Shown: one piece after another, positions 60,629 to 64,000 of the stretch
Layout: the number at the start of each line of letters is the position of its first letter
Numbering within the stretch: the first letter of the stretch is position 1
Position numbers and translations under genes: made by a program
DNA from: Phormidesmis sp.
GTDB lineage: Bacteria; Cyanobacteriota; Cyanobacteriia; Leptolyngbyales; Leptolyngbyaceae
NCBI GenBank assembly: GCA_965248535.1
Contig: CBDFJR010000002.1
Coordinates: 1,792,001 to 1,856,000 of the forward strand
Reading direction: 5' to 3'
Length of the DNA stretch: 64,000 nt
Notes under the pieces: model-generated
Told to the model about the DNA's origin: nothing
Seen by the model: only the letters and a program-made list of their open reading frames with translations
Database searches by the model: none

Positions 60629-60668
60629 TCCCCGATCCTTAAAATCGGTCAGAATACCAACGCTAATT

Positions 60669-60710
60669 GAATGCCCGATCGTTGATAGATTCAGTCACGA
60701 TCGGGCATTC
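60669..60710. terminator. Hairpin/terminator
   Basis: GAATGCCCGATCGT...ACGATCGGGCATTC. Confidence 0.55.
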
Positions 60711-60752
60711 TGCTGTCTATGCTTCTAAAATAAAGGCAGAATTAGCGCCTAT

Positions 60753-60938
60753 ATGAATTCTTCTATTTTTATTCTCAAAGTTTTGCTACTCTCATTAGCG
60801 ATTTCGTTAGTGATTAAATATGCGGCTCCGTGGGTGACGATTGTGCCTACTCCCGCGATCGTTCTCACCGCCATTCTCTTTCCCAGTCTGCTGATCATGG
60901 TGCTGATGATCACTCAAGGTTTACTCAAACAATCCTGA
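60753..60938 (+). CDS. Small 2-TM membrane protein
   Basis: 61 aa, FILKVLLLS..IS..IKY..P pattern. Confidence 0.6.
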   Translation: MNSSIFILKVLLLSLAISLVIKYAAPWVTIVPTPAIVLTAILFPSLLIMVLMITQGLLKQS

Positions 60939-61028
60939 GCGACGATGGTTGTGTAAGGGCATAGCATTGCTGTGCCCAGGATTATCGCAAGTGCCCGATC
61001 GACTCTAATCTACAGCCCTGATATTTCT

Positions 61029-62402
61029 ATGCCCAGCTATCAATTCCCTGAAACCTTCCAGTGGGGCGCGGCGACGGCCGCTTATCAAATTGAAGGAGCC
61101 GCGCAAGCAGACGGCCGCAAACCCAGCGTGTGGGACACCTTTAGCGCCAAACGAGGTCGCACCCTGCGTGGAGACACAGGCGCGATCGCGTGTGATCACT
61201 ACCGTCGCTATGAACAAGACATCAAACTAATGGTGGCGCTGGGCATCAAACACTACCGCTTTAGCCTCTCGTGGAGCCGGATTGTGCCCGATGGTCGAGG
61301 TGCCGTGAATGAAGCAGGCATTGATTTTTATCGACGGTTGGTAGACTGCCTACGATCGCACGATATCACCCCCCACGCCACCCTCTTTCATTGGGACAGT
61401 CCGCAGGCATTAGACGATCGCTATGGCTCGTGGCAGAGTCGAGAAATGGCTCAAGATTTTGCCGATTATGTGACGGCCGTGGTGAGTCGATTGGGCGATC
61501 GCGTCACAAACTGGATGACGCTAAACGAAATTTCCTGCTTTACCCACATGGGCTATGACGTAAACCAAACGCCAAAACACGCTCCCGGCACGCGGGTCAA
61601 GTCTAAACAACAGGTTTGGCAAACCTCTCATCATGCTTTGTTGGCTCATGGGTTGGGGTGTCAAGCGATCCGGGCTGCGTCTCCGGTGCCCTGCATGATT
61701 TCGCTGGTCGATAACCCTGGCATCACCGTTCCTTTAACTGAGTCGGCGGCTGATATTGAAGCGGCTAAAAATGCGTTTCCCTATCACTGTGGCAATGGTG
61801 GAATCATTTATCCAGCGATCACGGGTGAATACAGTTCGCTGTTGCTCGATCAGTTAGGAAGCGATGCGCCTAATATTCGAGCAGGTGATTTAGAAATCAT
61901 TCATCAACCTATTGATTTTTTAGGACTAAATATTTACACAGGAACTTACATTCGCGCTGCCGATAATTTTCAAGGCTGTGAGTGGATTGATTTTTCTAAA
62001 GGCTATCCAGCGATGCATATGCCGTGGTTGCAGCTAGTGCCAGAAAGCTTATATTGGGGCATTCGTCACGTTAGCGCAACGTTAAACCGTCCTGATCTAC
62101 CCATTTTGATCACTGAAAATGGCTGTGCTGCTCAAGACGAAGTGACCCGATCGGGCGAAGTGATTGACAACGATCGCATTCTCTATCTGCGTCAATATCT
62201 CAAAGCCGTTCACCGAGCCGTTGACGAAGGCTATCCCATTCGCGGTTATTTTGTCTGGAGCTTGATGGATAATTTTGAATGGTCGTGGGGATTCGATCGG
62301 CGATTTGGCATCACCTACATCGACTATCGCACCCAAAAACGGATTCCCAAAGCCAGCTACCACTGGTACGCTGAGTGCATTCGCCAACATCGAGTCGTTT
62401 AA
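61029..62402 (+). CDS. Beta-glucosidase, glycoside hydrolase family 1
   Basis: WGAATAAYQIEG, TLNE, ITENG, WSLMDNFEW. Confidence 0.95.
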   Translation: MPSYQFPETFQWGAATAAYQIEGAAQADGRKPSVWDTFSAKRGRTLRGDTGAIACDHYRRYEQDIKLMVALGIKHYRFSLSWSRIVPDGRGAVNEAGIDFYRRLVDCLRSHDITPHATLFHWDSPQALDDRYGSWQSREMAQDFADYVTAVVSRLGDRVTNWMTLNEISCFTHMGYDVNQTPKHAPGTRVKSKQQVWQTSHHALLAHGLGCQAIRAASPVPCMISLVDNPGITVPLTESAADIEAAKNAFPYHCGNGGIIYPAITGEYSSLLLDQLGSDAPNIRAGDLEIIHQPIDFLGLNIYTGTYIRAADNFQGCEWIDFSKGYPAMHMPWLQLVPESLYWGIRHVSATLNRPDLPILITENGCAAQDEVTRSGEVIDNDRILYLRQYLKAVHRAVDEGYPIRGYFVWSLMDNFEWSWGFDRRFGITYIDYRTQKRIPKASYHWYAECIRQHRVV

Positions 62403-62414
62403 TATCCATCGCTC

Positions 62415-62843
62415 ATGGCTGCTGCTACTAAAAAACTTCCCTGGCTGTCTCTCGCCTTGCTGCTAGCGGCCCACATCGCGTTTGGCAAGCTTCTGGCATC
62501 GACCCCTCATTCTCTGGCGACGTTTGGCTTTGCGATCGTGTGGGCGCTGGTGATGGCTCTAGTGTTTGTCAACCCCCTGACAGGTCTGAGACACCTAGTT
62601 TTCCGGTGGTTTACCTCCGATACGGTGGCGTTTTGTGCTCTGGTGGCCGGGGCCGCTTTTGCCTCGATCGTGCTCAACTGGCTCAAGATCTTTGTGCCGA
62701 TTTTGTTGGTTCTATCGGCCGAAGCTTTGGCTCGAATTGACCTGCTCACCGCAGAATTCAACAACATCCAAACCTGCACACTGCTAATCGTGACTGCGTG
62801 GCTCGGCTTGGGGCTAGGCTGGGCGCTGGGGCAGTTTCTTTAA
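62415..62843 (+). CDS. Conserved cyanobacterial membrane protein
   Basis: 5 hydrophobic segments; WF.SD and EALARIDL motifs. Confidence 0.7.
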   Translation: MAAATKKLPWLSLALLLAAHIAFGKLLASTPHSLATFGFAIVWALVMALVFVNPLTGLRHLVFRWFTSDTVAFCALVAGAAFASIVLNWLKIFVPILLVLSAEALARIDLLTAEFNNIQTCTLLIVTAWLGLGLGWALGQFL

Positions 62844-62871
62844 GAAAGAGGATTCGATAAATTCAAACTCT

Positions 62872-63624
62872 TTAGCGATCGAAATAGATCCGCGTATCTA
62901 ACTTTCCTCGGTCTCTAAGAAAGCGCCCCATCGTCTCTGCTTGCTGACGCTGGGCAAACGGGCCCACAGCCAGATGAGGGCCTAACGGACGGTCTCTTAG
63001 CTGAATTGAGCTTTGTTGAACTCCTAATCGCAGGGCACGATCGCGAAAATCACTCAAGTCCGATCGCGATCCAGGAACGACCACATAGTAGCCTCTCGCA
63101 CTGTTTCCCGCCGGGAGCGCCCCCATATTATCGGTGGTGATCTCGCTGGAGATGCCCTGAGCGGCTAACGCTTCGGTCTGCTGACGCGCATTTGCCTCAC
63201 TGCTAAAGACTCCGGCTTGAATCACCCGCCGCCCTCCAAACTGCTGAATAAACGCCCGTGGCTCGACTCGTTTGACTTGCTGCAACATCAGAGCGCTGTC
63301 TCCATTCACAAACACGCGATACTGCGGACGATTGATCGGAGCAGCGATCGGAACTGACGGATTGATCGGAGCCTGATAAACTCGCTCGTTGGGCAAGGGC
63401 GTGCCCTCGATCGGCTGAGTCGGCAACGTCTGGGGAGGCGGTGCGGGAAGGGAAAACCCAGGCGTTTGAGCCGTCGAGATCGGAGCCATTAATACCCATG
63501 AGCATCCCCCCAACAGCAGCGATCGCCCTATTCTTTTCCAGCCAGTTTGGTCAGCAACCCTAGGCGAAACGCAAGTCATGTAGATTAACCCCACCGCTAC
63601 AAAATTTTGCGGTAATCGTAACAC
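62872..63624 (-). CDS. Secreted protein with two SPOR-like domains (start uncertain)
   Basis: YRVFV.G, VIQAGVFS.E.NA, GPHLAVGPF..R..AE. Confidence 0.7.
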   Translation of the reverse strand: MLRLPQNFVAVGLIYMTCVSPRVADQTGWKRIGRSLLLGGCSWVLMAPISTAQTPGFSLPAPPPQTLPTQPIEGTPLPNERVYQAPINPSVPIAAPINRPQYRVFVNGDSALMLQQVKRVEPRAFIQQFGGRRVIQAGVFSSEANARQQTEALAAQGISSEITTDNMGALPAGNSARGYYVVVPGSRSDLSDFRDRALRLGVQQSSIQLRDRPLGPHLAVGPFAQRQQAETMGRFLRDRGKLDTRIYFDR

Positions 63625-63717
63625 AAACCAACGATCCCAGAAAAATCAACGATCGGGGACAATGTTGTATTCTCTGAGTTCGGTCTTTTTGTGGCTACTA
63701 AAATAAAACTTGACTGA

Positions 63718-63828
63718 TACCAATTTCGGATGCAATTGCGACTGATCGTTCAATCCGACGGGGCACGGCATGCCATGCCCCTACCGTGCCCTCGTGCGGA
63801 TCTGTCGCATTCACAAATCAAATTGGTA
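63718..63828. mobile_element. 111-bp MITE with REP-like core and 3-bp TGA flanking duplication
   Basis: TGA|TACCAATTT...TGCGAC.GATC ... GATC.GTCGCA...AAATTGGTA|TGA; internal GGGGCACGGCATGCCATGCCCCTAC. Confidence 0.7.
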
Positions 63829-63842
63829 TGAGATCGAATCTT

Positions 63843-64000
63843 CTAACCCTCGTAAGCCTCCATTGGCAGGCAAGAGCAGACGAGATTGCGATCGCCATAG
63901 GCGTTGTCAATGCGTCCGACTGCTGCCCAAAATTTATTCTCTCGCGTCCAAGGTGTTGGGTAGGCGGCCCGCTGGCGAGAATAGGGACGGCTCCACTCAT
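63843..64000 (-). CDS. gcvP: Glycine dehydrogenase P-protein, C-terminal end (continues beyond window)
   Basis: Alternative frame reads [49 protein letters not shown]. Confidence 0.92.
   Translation of the reverse strand, partial: EWSRPYSRQRAAYPTPWTRENKFWAAVGRIDNAYGDRNLVCSCLPMEAYEG

Noticed and set aside
1..64000. CRISPR array or cas genes
   Set aside because: No regularly spaced direct repeats with unique spacers and no Cas motifs were seen.
1..64000. Very frequent GCGATCGC as a novel repeat
   Set aside because: This is HIP1, a well-known cyanobacterial genome feature.
63818..64000. 60-aa ORF from the track
   Set aside because: Wrong frame; the real frame encodes the GcvP C-terminus.

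Overview
A 64-kb stretch of a beta-cyanobacterial chromosome: HIP1 GCGATCGC octamers are abundant, and it is probably a Leptolyngbya-type filamentous strain (inference). The core is a carbon-concentrating superlocus: the beta-carboxysome operon ccmK2-K1-L-M-N-O is divergent from ndhF4-ndhD4-cupB, followed by a radical-SAM gene and ndhF3-ndhD3-cupA. Housekeeping genes include the recJ 3' end, psb30, psbY, a split TMEM165/GDT1 pair, HIT, recR, murQ, tRNA-Gly, tatC, puuE, lhgO, gshA, a GH1 glucosidase and the gcvP 3' end. The most unusual elements are: (i) a two-gene locus pairing a 143-aa protein that looks beta-grasp/ubiquitin-like and ends in di-glycine (LVGG) with a 1653-aa HEAT-repeat/DUF4132-type protein, with no E1/E2/JAB gene nearby; (ii) an integron-type attC cassette module with a toxin-antitoxin pair and no integrase in the window; (iii) a 520-bp non-autonomous IS200/IS605 element that keeps a TnpB omegaRNA-like right end; (iv) a non-AUG start for recR. 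ccmN, lhgO and the second AI-2E gene are frameshifted, some probably from assembly indels. All family assignments come from recognising motifs by eye; no database searches were run.
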